DNA of 64,000 nt from Acidobacteriota bacterium (GCA_040755995.1 JBFMAF010000020.1:64001-128000); one strand, 5' to 3'. Counted from the first letter of the stretch, positions 29,153-38,366 are shown. Notes: generated by a model from the sequence alone, not told the origin. A program made the numbers and translations.

Positions 29153-29839
29153 TCAGCCGCGCTGCAGCGGGAAGGTGCCGCGGTGACCTAGCGTCCTGCC
29201 CAGCCAGTACCGCGTGAACGGGTAGTAAAGGTAGTGAGAAATCTTGGAGAACGGAACGTAGAGAAGGAAGAAGCTTGTCGCGAGCAGATAGGCGATGACG
29301 TAGCGATCGCCCTCGATCCTGCCCACTATGCTCGCCTCCGCGAAAACGCCGAGCAGGAACCAGATCGTCAGCATGATGACCGAGAAGTAGTCGTCGGGTG
29401 TCGAAATCAGCCGCATCACCGGCCGCACCACCCGGCGCACGATCCGATACAGGCCGATCGCGAACGCAGCCAAGAGCAGTGCCATCGTCGCATTGGCGAT
29501 GATCGGTATCTGAAGGAACGAACGGCTCAGGGTTGAGAGAAACGCGAGGCCGATACCGGCCGCGACACCGAGATGGAACAACGCGAACGTAAGATAGAAA
29601 GCGAATCCCCGGCGAGTGCTCTCCATCCCCCAGGGCATGAGAACGTTTGCGAGCGAGTAGTAGGCGCCGCGCCGGGCATCGGTGCGCCCCGGATTGCCGG
29701 GCGCCTGCCGGTCGCGGGTGGCGCGGAACGACAGCAGCCAGCGGATGCGCATGGTGTACACGACGGCCATGACGCCGAGCGCCACCCAGTGGATCACCTC
29801 CACCGTGCCCAGCAGGCCGGAAGGTTCGTGGACGGGCAT
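29153..29839 (-). CDS. NarI-family cytochrome b membrane subunit
   Basis: Start MPVHE with GGAGGT RBS; about 5 TM helices; LFHLG, ISTPDDY, VPFSKISH. Confidence 0.83.
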   Translation of the reverse strand: MPVHEPSGLLGTVEVIHWVALGVMAVVYTMRIRWLLSFRATRDRQAPGNPGRTDARRGAYYSLANVLMPWGMESTRRGFAFYLTFALFHLGVAAGIGLAFLSTLSRSFLQIPIIANATMALLLAAFAIGLYRIVRRVVRPVMRLISTPDDYFSVIMLTIWFLLGVFAEASIVGRIEGDRYVIAYLLATSFFLLYVPFSKISHYLYYPFTRYWLGRTLGHRGTFPLQRG

Positions 29840-29840
29840 A

Positions 29841-30368
29841 TCAGTTACCTCCTTGGATCTGCGCGGCAAACGGCTTGTACTCGCGCGAGTCCACCGCAAC
29901 GAAGATGACTTCGCGCAGGTTCGAGCTGTTCTTCAGGTGCTCCTTGACCGCGGACACCAGAACCTTGGCGCTCAGATCCAGGGGCACCTGGTATAGGCCC
30001 GTTCCGAGCGGAGGCAGCGCGAGAGTCTTCATGCCTTTCTCCTCGGCTCGCGCGAGCACCGCCCCGACTGCCTTCTCCAGCTTCCCCTTCGTCTCGGGCT
30101 CGCAAAACTTCGGGCCGTTCACGTGGATGATGTTCTTCGCCTTGAGCTTGCCGCCGGACGTCACGATCGCCTCGCCGGTGGCGCACTTGCCGGCAGCGGC
30201 CAGCTGATCCTGGATCGCTTTGCCACCGCGCGATCCGATCGCGCCTCCATAGCCGGATCCGAGCCGGCAGTCCTCGGTGATGTCATACACGAAGGCATCC
30301 ACCTCCATGTCCGTGATGTCACCCCGGACCAGTTTGATGACCTTGTCACCGATCTTCTGTTCGATCAT
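29841..30368 (-). CDS. Divergent macrodomain (Appr-1''-p processing family)
   Basis: GDIT, GSGYGGAI, GEAIVTSGGKL, IIHVNGP, PPLGTG; start MIEQ with AGGAGG RBS. Confidence 0.88.
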   Translation of the reverse strand: MIEQKIGDKVIKLVRGDITDMEVDAFVYDITEDCRLGSGYGGAIGSRGGKAIQDQLAAAGKCATGEAIVTSGGKLKAKNIIHVNGPKFCEPETKGKLEKAVGAVLARAEEKGMKTLALPPLGTGLYQVPLDLSAKVLVSAVKEHLKNSSNLREVIFVAVDSREYKPFAAQIQGGN

Positions 30369-30933
30369 AGTGCCACCCTCCTGGACATCCGCCGTCGTCA
30401 GTATGCGCGACTCCGGCGGACGATTGTTTGCCCTTGCCTTGCACGTTCCTGCCGGCTCCCGCCCTGCCGGGTTTCCTCGCGGTCCCCGGCTGGTCGATCC
30501 GGCTGCCGGCGAGCGCACACCGAACCCGCTCCACGTCCAGCAGGTCCGCCAGAGTGAACTCGTCCAGCGCCTCGGTGATCCTCTTGTTGATCAGCAGGTA
30601 CACCACCCGGCATTCGCACCTGGCGCTCTTCGCGCAGATGCTGGGGTTCTCGACACATTCGACGATGTTGATCGGCCCGAGCACCGACTCGATCACGTCC
30701 CTGACCGTGATCTCCTCGGGGCTCCGCGCCAGGCTGAACCCGCCGCCCTTCCCGCAGACGCCGCGCAGCAATCGGTGGGCGCGCAGCGCCACCGTGAGCT
30801 GCTCCAGATAGCCGCGGGACAGATGCGTCTGCTCGGCAACCGTGGCCAGGCTCATCGTCTCCTCGGTGCCGGCCGTGCGCGCCACCTCGATCATGAGCCG
30901 CAACGCATATCGCGGCCGCGTCGACAACCTCAT
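30346..30933 (-). CDS. Rrf2-family transcription regulator with Cys cluster motif
   Basis: MRLSTRPRYALR, YLEQL, GKGGGFSLAR, CVENPSICAKSARCEC. Confidence 0.92.
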   Translation of the reverse strand: MRLSTRPRYALRLMIEVARTAGTEETMSLATVAEQTHLSRGYLEQLTVALRAHRLLRGVCGKGGGFSLARSPEEITVRDVIESVLGPINIVECVENPSICAKSARCECRVVYLLINKRITEALDEFTLADLLDVERVRCALAGSRIDQPGTARKPGRAGAGRNVQGKGKQSSAGVAHTDDGGCPGGWHYDRTEDR

Positions 30934-30940
30934 CGCATCT

Positions 30941-31020
30941 TTGTAATACGATTAATCCTATTTGTCAACCTATTTTAGTAGGAGTATAGTTCTGGTATTC
31001 CTACTCAATGGCTATGAATT
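30941..31020 (-). promoter_or_regulatory. AT-rich rrf2 promoter with repeated CCTA(C/T)T half-sites
   Basis: TTGACA (30968-30963)-N17-TACAAA ending 6 nt before the ATG; half-sites at 30957, 30969, 30977 (inverted) and 31000. Confidence 0.55.
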
Positions 31021-31137
31021 TCGCATTCCCGAGCTCCAGACGCCGGCCGGCTTCCGTGTGTCCTCGCCGTTGTGTGCTACAGAGGCTTTGTTGAAGGCCG
31101 GTGGCGGGTATGATTGCGAATCCGGCTGATGAGCCGA

Positions 31138-32679
31138 TCAATGGTCGGCAAGCGCGATCTCTTGTGCCAGGACTGAGCCGTCGCAGCGGGGCTGCCAGGA
31201 GTAGGCGTTGCTGATGGCGTACAGGTCCATGTCCGCATACAGCGGTATCCACGGGAGATCCTCCACAAGCGCCCGCATGATCTCTTGCATCGAGCGCTTC
31301 CGTTCCTGCGGGTCGATCGCCTTCGCGCAGTCTTCGATGGCCCGGTCGATCGTGGGGTTCCGGTACCGGCCGTAGTTGGACCCGCCGTAGCGCCCGACCG
31401 GATCCGGGGAATGGATGCATGCTTCGAGGACGTCGCTGGCGTCGCCGGTGGCGCAGCCGAAGCGGGAGAGGAAGAACGAGGCGTCGTGGTTGTTGAGCGC
31501 GTCGAAGAACTCGGGGTCCTGCATCAGCTTGACCTCTACGCGAATCCCGACGGGGGCCAGTTGCTGGCGGACGAGGTCCGCGGTAGCGCGGAGTATCTGT
31601 CGAGAGTGCAGGGTGACCTCGAATCCTCTGGGGAACCCGGCGCTGGCCAGCAGACGCCTGGCCTCTGCCGGATCGCAGTGAGGCAGCGGCATGCTCGGGT
31701 CATACCCAAAAATGAAGCTCGGGACCGGCTGGGCCGCAGGGGTGGCGGGTGCGGCGAGATCTCTTACAAGGGAATCCCTATCGATCGCAAGCTGAATCGC
31801 CTGGCGCACGGCCCGGTTCCTGAAGGGGTTGGGCTTCGCACTGCAGTACGGGGTGTCGTCGCGCATGAGATCGTAGCCAAGGTATTTTACAAAAATGCTG
31901 TCGTGCTGCAGGATGTGGTATCCGCCGTGAGCCTTGACGGTGCGAGCCAGTCTCACGTCGTTGCTCTGCACGAATGCGCTCCGCCCCGACCCCATATCTC
32001 GAATCACCTGTTCGGGTGTTCTTCCGAGCAGCAGGGTCACATCGCGCAATGCGGGTGTGCGCCCCCAGTACTCGTCGTACCGCTGCATTGAAATCTGACG
32101 CCCCTTCCGCCACTCGACCAGCCTGTACGGTCCGGTTCCATCTTCCCTGTCCCGGAGAGTCTCGGATGAGGAATTCTCCGGCACGATCGAGACGAAAAGC
32201 AGCTTGTTCAGGAAGACGCTCTGTGTGCGCCTCAGGTGGATCGTGACCTGCAGAGGCCCGGTGGCGCGCACGTCCGCTACGTTCGACATCAGGGTTCTCA
32301 CTTCGAGCTCCGGGTGATCGAGAAGCCGCTGGATCGAGTAGGCCACATCCGATGACGACAGCTGCTTGCCGCTGTGGAAGGTGACCGACGGCTCGATGTC
32401 CAAGATCCATGTCGACGGGTCCGGGGTTCGCCATGAGCGCGCAAGGCATGGGTGAATTCGCAGTTGAGCGTCCGTGCGCACAAGCGACTGATAGAAGTGC
32501 GAAGCCGTGGCGAAGTCGCTGATAGTGTAGCTGGCGTGAGGATCGAGGGTCTCGGGCTCGTACGGCACAGAGATCACGATGGAGTCCAGCCGGCCGGAAC
32601 CGTTCGAACCGCACGCAGCCAGCAGCAGACACGCAGCAGCCGGCGCGAACCACACCGTCCCGAACGTCCGCGGCATCAT
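31138..32679 (-). CDS. Family-5 (peptide/nickel) ABC substrate-binding lipoprotein, orphan
   Basis: Lipobox LLAAC; TLDPH, LARSW, FHSGK, GTGPYRL, VRQAI..AIDR; no adjacent permease. Confidence 0.9.
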   Translation of the reverse strand: MMPRTFGTVWFAPAAACLLLAACGSNGSGRLDSIVISVPYEPETLDPHASYTISDFATASHFYQSLVRTDAQLRIHPCLARSWRTPDPSTWILDIEPSVTFHSGKQLSSSDVAYSIQRLLDHPELEVRTLMSNVADVRATGPLQVTIHLRRTQSVFLNKLLFVSIVPENSSSETLRDREDGTGPYRLVEWRKGRQISMQRYDEYWGRTPALRDVTLLLGRTPEQVIRDMGSGRSAFVQSNDVRLARTVKAHGGYHILQHDSIFVKYLGYDLMRDDTPYCSAKPNPFRNRAVRQAIQLAIDRDSLVRDLAAPATPAAQPVPSFIFGYDPSMPLPHCDPAEARRLLASAGFPRGFEVTLHSRQILRATADLVRQQLAPVGIRVEVKLMQDPEFFDALNNHDASFFLSRFGCATGDASDVLEACIHSPDPVGRYGGSNYGRYRNPTIDRAIEDCAKAIDPQERKRSMQEIMRALVEDLPWIPLYADMDLYAISNAYSWQPRCDGSVLAQEIALADH

Positions 32680-32729
32680 CCCTCGCAAGCCCTCGTACGA
32701 TCCTACCACAAGGCGGTAGGAAGTTGCCC

Positions 32730-32758
32730 TTGACGAATGGAGCCGTTGCGCCTAGAGT
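32730..32758 (+). promoter_or_regulatory. Sigma-70 promoter
   Basis: TTGACG-N17-TAGAGT, 11 nt before ATG 32770. Confidence 0.55.
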
Positions 32759-32769
32759 TGTCTTTAATC

Positions 32770-33192
32770 ATGTGGTGCCCGAGTTGCAGGAGTGAATACA
32801 GGGCGGGGATCGCGGAATGCCCGGAATGCCGCGCGCGCCTCGTCGACGAGGCGCCTCCGGTCGACGCCTTGGAGTACATCCCGGATCGCTGGCACAAGCT
32901 GGAGGAATTCGGCGACGAGATCGCGGCGCGGATGGTGGAGGGGTTTCTCGTCGCGCAGGGCATCGAGTGCCGCGTGCAGGATCTCACGTTCCGCGCCGAG
33001 TTCGTGCCGATCGCCCCGCAGCTCGCGAAGTTCCGGCTGTGGGTCGAGCCGAGCCAGGCGGACGAGGCGCGGCGCCTCCTGGCGGAGTCCCGGCCGGCGG
33101 CCACGTGCCCGGAGTGCGGCCTCACCCTCGATGCCCCGGGGGCGCCGTGTCCGGCGTGTTCAGAGGCGGACGCTGGTAGAAGGCCTGGTTGA
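32770..33192 (+). CDS. DUF2007-like protein flanked by two zinc ribbons
   Basis: MWCPSC...CPEC at the N-terminus, A...GFL...GIEC core, CPEC...CPAC at the C-terminus. Confidence 0.8.
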   Translation: MWCPSCRSEYRAGIAECPECRARLVDEAPPVDALEYIPDRWHKLEEFGDEIAARMVEGFLVAQGIECRVQDLTFRAEFVPIAPQLAKFRLWVEPSQADEARRLLAESRPAATCPECGLTLDAPGAPCPACSEADAGRRPG

Positions 33193-33215
33193 GCGCACGG
33201 GCCATCTATCACCGG

Positions 33216-33244
33216 TTGACTCGCGAGAGACACGCCCCTACAAT
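33216..33244 (+). promoter_or_regulatory. Sigma-70 promoter for pncA-pncB
   Basis: TTGACT-N17-TACAAT. Confidence 0.7.
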
Positions 33245-33326
33245 CTCATTCCAGGCTCGCATGCATGAGAGAGCCTCGAACGCGCTCCTCTGGAGGGGCG
33301 TGATGAGCGGTGCCACAGGAAGAGCG

Positions 33327-34379
33327 ATGAGTAACGTGAAAGCCACCGGTTCCTCTGCGCGCGAGGGCGAGCTGCCGATCCCACCCCATTTCGATCCGGA
33401 TCGTGCCGGCGCGGTTTGGCGCGTCGAGTATGCCGAGCGGGCGCGAGAGGCCGAGGCGTGGGCACAGCAGCACGGAGTCCCGACGGCTGCGTCCGACAAG
33501 ACTCGAATCTGTCTCGTGGCGATCGACGCACAAAACACATTCTGCCTGCCGGGATTCGAGCTGTTCGTGCAGGGGAAATCCGGCAACGGCGCCGTGGATG
33601 ACAACGTGCGCCTGTGCCGCTTCATATACCGGCATCTCCATCGCATCACCGAGATCGTCTCTACGATGGACACTCACACGGCCATTCAGATCTTTCACCC
33701 GGTCTTCCTCGTGGACCGTTCCGGCCGGCATCCGGCTCCGGTGACCCCGATCTCCCGTGAAGATGTCGAGAAAGGCGTCTGGCGGATCGATCCGGGTGTG
33801 GCGAAGAGCCTGGAAGCCGGCGACCACACACGAATCGAGGAGCACCTCCTGCACTATGCGCGCCAGCTCGAGCTTGGCCGGAAGTATTCGCTCATGACGT
33901 GGCCGTATCACGCCATGCTGGGAGGAATAGGACACGCGCTGGTTCCCATAGTGGAGGAAGCACTCTTCTTTCATGCGATCGCGCGAAGGCAGCCGACACG
34001 GTTCGAGATCAAGGGCGACAATCCGCTCACGGAGCATTATTCGGTGCTTGGGCCCGAGGTACGCGCCGCGGCTGACAGGCGCGAGTTGGGGCACAAGAAC
34101 ACCGGCCTGACCCGGCGGCTTCTCGAGTTCGACGCCGTGTTGGTCGCCGGTCAGGCCAAGAGCCATTGTGTAAGCTGGACGATCAGGGACCTGTTGGATG
34201 AGATCGCCACGATCGATAGCGACCTGGCCAGGCGGGTATACCTGCTCGAGGACTGCATGTCACCGGTCGTTGTACCTGGAGTAGTCGACTTCTCGGATGC
34301 GGCCGACTCTGCATTTGCGTCCTTCCGTTCGGCCGGCGTGCAGATAATACGATCGGTGGATCCTCTCGTGTTGCGCTGA
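33327..34379 (+). CDS. pncA: Nicotinamidase / isochorismatase-family cysteine hydrolase
   Basis: IDAQNTF, DTH, WPYH, KG, GQAKSHCV; adjacent to pncB; start uncertain (33303 or 33327). Confidence 0.78.
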   Translation: MSNVKATGSSAREGELPIPPHFDPDRAGAVWRVEYAERAREAEAWAQQHGVPTAASDKTRICLVAIDAQNTFCLPGFELFVQGKSGNGAVDDNVRLCRFIYRHLHRITEIVSTMDTHTAIQIFHPVFLVDRSGRHPAPVTPISREDVEKGVWRIDPGVAKSLEAGDHTRIEEHLLHYARQLELGRKYSLMTWPYHAMLGGIGHALVPIVEEALFFHAIARRQPTRFEIKGDNPLTEHYSVLGPEVRAAADRRELGHKNTGLTRRLLEFDAVLVAGQAKSHCVSWTIRDLLDEIATIDSDLARRVYLLEDCMSPVVVPGVVDFSDAADSAFASFRSAGVQIIRSVDPLVLR

Positions 34380-34405
34380 CGGCACGAGTCGGAGGGGAGT
34401 AGCAG

Positions 34406-35992
34406 TTGAGTACTACGAATCGGCTCGTCAATCCACTGCTGACCGATCTGTACGAGTTGACCATGGCGTACGCATATTGGAAACATGGCCGGCACGAGGA
34501 GCACGCGGTCTTCGATCTGTTCTTCCGGAAGAACCCGTTCAGAGGCGAGTTCACCGTGTTCGCAGGGCTGGAGGAAGTCCTGAGTTTTCTCGAAGGCTTC
34601 CGGTACAGCGACGAGCAGGTAGACTACCTGCGGACCTTGCTTCCGGAGAGCGAGCCGGCGTTCTTCGAATGGCTTCGCCGGGTGGACCTGTCGGGCGTCA
34701 CCGTCCACGCCGTCTCCGAAGGATCGATCGTATTTCCCAGGGTGCCCCTGCTGCGCGTGGAGGGGCCGCTGGCTCTGGCCCAGCTCCTCGAGACGACGCT
34801 TCTGACGCTGGTCAACTACCCAAGCCTCGTGGCCACCAATGCAGCTCGATTCCGATTGGCGGCCGGCATGAGGAAGACGCTGCTGGAGTTCGGCCTGAGG
34901 CGGGCTCAGGGCCCCGACGGGGGCATGTCTGCGTCGCGGTACGCGTTCATGGGCGGCTTCGACGCCACGTCGAATGTGCTGGCCGGGATGCTGTTCGGCA
35001 TCCCGCCACGGGGCACGCATGCTCATTCCTATGTCCAGTCTTTCCAGAGTCTGGAACAGATTCCCTCCAGAGTAGTGCCTGCGAGCGACGGTCAGAGCGT
35101 CGATCTGGTGGAGAGGACTCTGGCGATCCGTGACCGGCTGCGTTTCAATCACACCAATCAGGGTGAACTGGCTGCATTCGTCTCATATGCACTGGCGTTC
35201 CCCGAATCGTTCCTCGCGCTGGTAGACACCTACGACACGCTCAACTCGGGCGTTCCGAACTTCATCTGCGTGGCCTTCGCACTGATGGAGATGGGACACC
35301 AGCCCATCGGCGTCAGGCTCGATTCCGGCGACCTGGCCTTTCTGTCCAAAGCCACCCGGAACATGTTCGCTTCGTGCGGTGAGCTCCTCAACAAGGATGT
35401 CTCACACTTCAAGATAGCGGCCTCGAACGACATCGACGAGGCCGTGCTGATGTCGCTCAATAGCGAGGGGCACGAGATCGACATCTTCGGGATCGGGACA
35501 CGCCTCGTGACCTGCGAATCGCAGCCCGCGCTCGGCTGCGTGTACAAGCTGGTGGAAATCGGAGGCTCTCCGCGCATAAAGCTCTCACAGGACCTGCAGA
35601 AAGTGACGATCCCCGGGAGGAAAGAAGCCTACAGGCTGTACGGCCAACGGGGATTCCCGTTGCTCGACCTCATGGTACAGGCCGGTGAGACTCCACCGCA
35701 TCCCGGAGATCAGATCCTCTGCAGGCACCCATTCGACGAAACCAAGCGTGTGCTCGTCACTCCATCACGCGTCATGCCGCTGCATCAATGTGTTTGGAAC
35801 GGCGGCCGGATGGCGGCCGAGAGATCGATCCACGACATACGCGCAGATGTGCTGTCCCAACTCGCCAGTTTCCGCCAGGACCATCTTCGCCTCCTCAACC
35901 CAACACCGTACAAGGTGTCAGTCAGCGCAAAGCTCTATGACTTCATACACAGGCTGTGGGTGGAAGAATCACCGCTCCCGGAGTTGCGCTAG
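34406..35992 (+). CDS. pncB: Nicotinate phosphoribosyltransferase
   Basis: LLTDLYELTM, EFGLRRAQ, GTHAHS, LVDTYD, GVRLDSGDL, ASND, GIGT, VYKLV; TTG start with GGAG RBS. Confidence 0.96.
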   Translation: MSTTNRLVNPLLTDLYELTMAYAYWKHGRHEEHAVFDLFFRKNPFRGEFTVFAGLEEVLSFLEGFRYSDEQVDYLRTLLPESEPAFFEWLRRVDLSGVTVHAVSEGSIVFPRVPLLRVEGPLALAQLLETTLLTLVNYPSLVATNAARFRLAAGMRKTLLEFGLRRAQGPDGGMSASRYAFMGGFDATSNVLAGMLFGIPPRGTHAHSYVQSFQSLEQIPSRVVPASDGQSVDLVERTLAIRDRLRFNHTNQGELAAFVSYALAFPESFLALVDTYDTLNSGVPNFICVAFALMEMGHQPIGVRLDSGDLAFLSKATRNMFASCGELLNKDVSHFKIAASNDIDEAVLMSLNSEGHEIDIFGIGTRLVTCESQPALGCVYKLVEIGGSPRIKLSQDLQKVTIPGRKEAYRLYGQRGFPLLDLMVQAGETPPHPGDQILCRHPFDETKRVLVTPSRVMPLHQCVWNGGRMAAERSIHDIRADVLSQLASFRQDHLRLLNPTPYKVSVSAKLYDFIHRLWVEESPLPELR

Positions 35993-36039
35993 CTGTGTCG
36001 GACTCGTGACCAACGTTGCAGGGGCTGGCCAAGGACGTT

Positions 36040-36849
36040 TCAGGTACGGCACAACTCCATCCAATAGTGATCCCCGAGCCGATTGAACAGAGGCAACTCG
36101 GCTGCCCAGCGCTCCAGATGCTCCAATGCGGCTAACAATGTCCGGCGGCGGGCCACCACCGGCTGAACATCGCTCGGCGGCAGAAATACACCGAGCCCGC
36201 ACACTCGTTCCACATGAAAAGAGAAGCCAAGCTCGCGGGCAAGCCGGCGCGGCGTCGGGTAGTACACCGGAAACGAAACTCCCTCGATCTCCGCAATCGA
36301 TTGCCCTCGCCAACGCCGCGTCGCGGTCCTGAGATCACCGTGCGCGGTGTGCCATAGCACTTCCCACGGACATATCGGCCCCATCACCGCTACACCGATC
36401 CGTCCGCCGGATCTTATCGATCCTTCCAGCGCCTTGCCCACCTCGCGCCAACTGCCTACGCAGTTGAGCGCGCCGAAGTTGGAATACGCGCCATCTAACG
36501 CTTTGGCAGGCAAGTTCCATTGATCGGCGTGGGCCAGATCAAGCTGGACGAACGCAATCCGATCGGCGACTTCTGCAAGCTCTGCCTTGCGTTGTGCTTG
36601 GGCCAGCATTTCCGCGCTCGAGTCGGCAGCGGTGATGAGCACGCCGCGCTTTGCCAGCCAGACGGCATCCTCACCCGTGCCGCAGCCGATATCCAGCACG
36701 CGCGCGCCCGGTGGATACAGGCGTTCGAGCCAGTTCCACACGCGTCCGCGCAGCCAGCGATTGATCGGCGCGTCAGCCGCCTCCGCATCATAACGCGCTG
36801 CAAGGCGATCAAAAGGATTGTCAGGGAGTTTCTCCACGCCCGTCGGCAC
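36040..36849 (-). CDS. Class I SAM-dependent methyltransferase
   Basis: VLDIGCGTGEDA, SNFGALNC. Confidence 0.9.
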   Translation of the reverse strand: MPTGVEKLPDNPFDRLAARYDAEAADAPINRWLRGRVWNWLERLYPPGARVLDIGCGTGEDAVWLAKRGVLITAADSSAEMLAQAQRKAELAEVADRIAFVQLDLAHADQWNLPAKALDGAYSNFGALNCVGSWREVGKALEGSIRSGGRIGVAVMGPICPWEVLWHTAHGDLRTATRRWRGQSIAEIEGVSFPVYYPTPRRLARELGFSFHVERVCGLGVFLPPSDVQPVVARRRTLLAALEHLERWAAELPLFNRLGDHYWMELCRT

Positions 36850-36860
36850 GACCGTCGCCT

Positions 36861-38366
36861 CTACTTCGCGGAGGATGAATCGAGACTCGTCAGCTCCACA
36901 CGCCGCACGAAGACGCCCAGCTCCCGATCGTCCTCAGACGGCGCATCGTCCTCGCTCGGGACGAATGCCGACGTGATGGCAAAGCGGATATGCAGGATCG
37001 AACCGGGAATCTGCGAGATTTCGAGCCGTTGCGCCAGCCGCCCATTGTGAGCTTCCAGAATTGCCACTGGGACCCCATTGACCACGATCTCGCCCGTAGT
37101 AAGGTTGAACGGGTTGTGGAGGTCCATGTCGATGAACAGAGACTTCTCGTCGTCGCGTCTCTGGAGAACCAGCGATGCCTCACCCTGCGTCCAGCGCCCT
37201 GCTGGAAGTCCATCGCCCCATGGCTCGCTCGACCACCAGCCTTCGTCGAGCTCCGGCTGCTCGTCAGGAGCCGCCGCGAGATCGATGGAGGGATGATACG
37301 CGTAATCAGTGTCGACAACCCCTCTGGACTCGAGGTAAGCGAGGACGATCTGGGCCATGAGGTGGCAGCCACGACGGCTGAAATGGGAGTTGTCCGCGAA
37401 GCAGTCCGCCTTCTCACGAAAGTCGGTCTCGATATCCAGGCAGTCGACATCGAGGTCCCTGGCGGTTTGCCGCGTCTCGTCATTGTACTGCTCCACGTAC
37501 ATCGCCCAGCTGTGCGGGTCGTCGGAGGTACCGATGTGGGGGCGAGTCAGAAGGACAGGAATAATTCCTCGCTCGCGCGCCGTCTGCACGAAAACCGAGA
37601 GGTTGCGGCGATAGTCCTCGATCGACACACGGTGGATGATCCCAGATTCCGGCCTGATGCGATCCAGGATGCTCCATGCCAGATGCGCCGCAGGCAGTGC
37701 CAGCCGGAGCCGGCTCCACCGCCCGAGTCTCTCGATGCGGCGGGCGTATTCCTCGTCGCTCACTCTCACCGGATGCGCATCGTTCGCCCCGAAGCTGAAG
37801 AAGACGAGGTCAGGGCGCCAGGGCAGTACCTGCTGGAATCGGCGGAGCCCCTGGAACGAAGAATAGCCAAAAACACCGGCGTTGACCACCAGGATGGGGC
37901 GAGCGGAATGATTGAGCGCCGCCATGTCCTGAAGGGACCCAGGCCAACTCTCGGCTCTGTCCAGAGGTCCGATGGTGTTGGAATCTCCAATGGCGATGAT
38001 GAGGTACTCATTGCCGTTCCTGTCCGGGCGAACCACGGGACCCCGGCAGCCCTGGTCGTTCACGAATCTACTGCCACCTGGATTGAGCTTCCACAGCAGC
38101 ACAGGGTCGAACAGGGTGAGGGGTCCGTCGCCCGATCCGGGCCGCCCGTCACCCTGCATGTGATGCGGGCGCCAGTCATTCTCGTTGTCCGGCCAGACGA
38201 AAACGATCGGAGAGAACCGGTAGTCGAGGAGCCTCAGGATCCCTTCTGCAAGAACAAGGCTGATCAGGATCGAACCGATGAACAGCGCGGCGACGCGCGA
38301 GCGTCGGCACCACTTCGACGAGGGACTCCGACTTCCGTATTGCAGCGCCCGGCGATCTCCTGCCAC
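36861..38366 (-). CDS. Membrane-anchored SGNH/GDSL hydrolase
   Basis: N-terminal TM LAEGILR; GDSNT, NAGVFGY, GAND, DNSH blocks; C-terminal beta domain; start uncertain. Confidence 0.87.
   Translation of the reverse strand: MAGDRRALQYGSRSPSSKWCRRSRVAALFIGSILISLVLAEGILRLLDYRFSPIVFVWPDNENDWRPHHMQGDGRPGSGDGPLTLFDPVLLWKLNPGGSRFVNDQGCRGPVVRPDRNGNEYLIIAIGDSNTIGPLDRAESWPGSLQDMAALNHSARPILVVNAGVFGYSSFQGLRRFQQVLPWRPDLVFFSFGANDAHPVRVSDEEYARRIERLGRWSRLRLALPAAHLAWSILDRIRPESGIIHRVSIEDYRRNLSVFVQTARERGIIPVLLTRPHIGTSDDPHSWAMYVEQYNDETRQTARDLDVDCLDIETDFREKADCFADNSHFSRRGCHLMAQIVLAYLESRGVVDTDYAYHPSIDLAAAPDEQPELDEGWWSSEPWGDGLPAGRWTQGEASLVLQRRDDEKSLFIDMDLHNPFNLTTGEIVVNGVPVAILEAHNGRLAQRLEISQIPGSILHIRFAITSAFVPSEDDAPSEDDRELGVFVRRVELTSLDSSSAK

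Noticed and set aside
29841..35992. Macrodomain plus pncA/pncB as an NAD-based anti-phage or ADP-ribosylation system
   Set aside because: Opposite strands, separate promoters and intervening genes; no ADP-ribosyltransferase, sirtuin or TIR gene nearby
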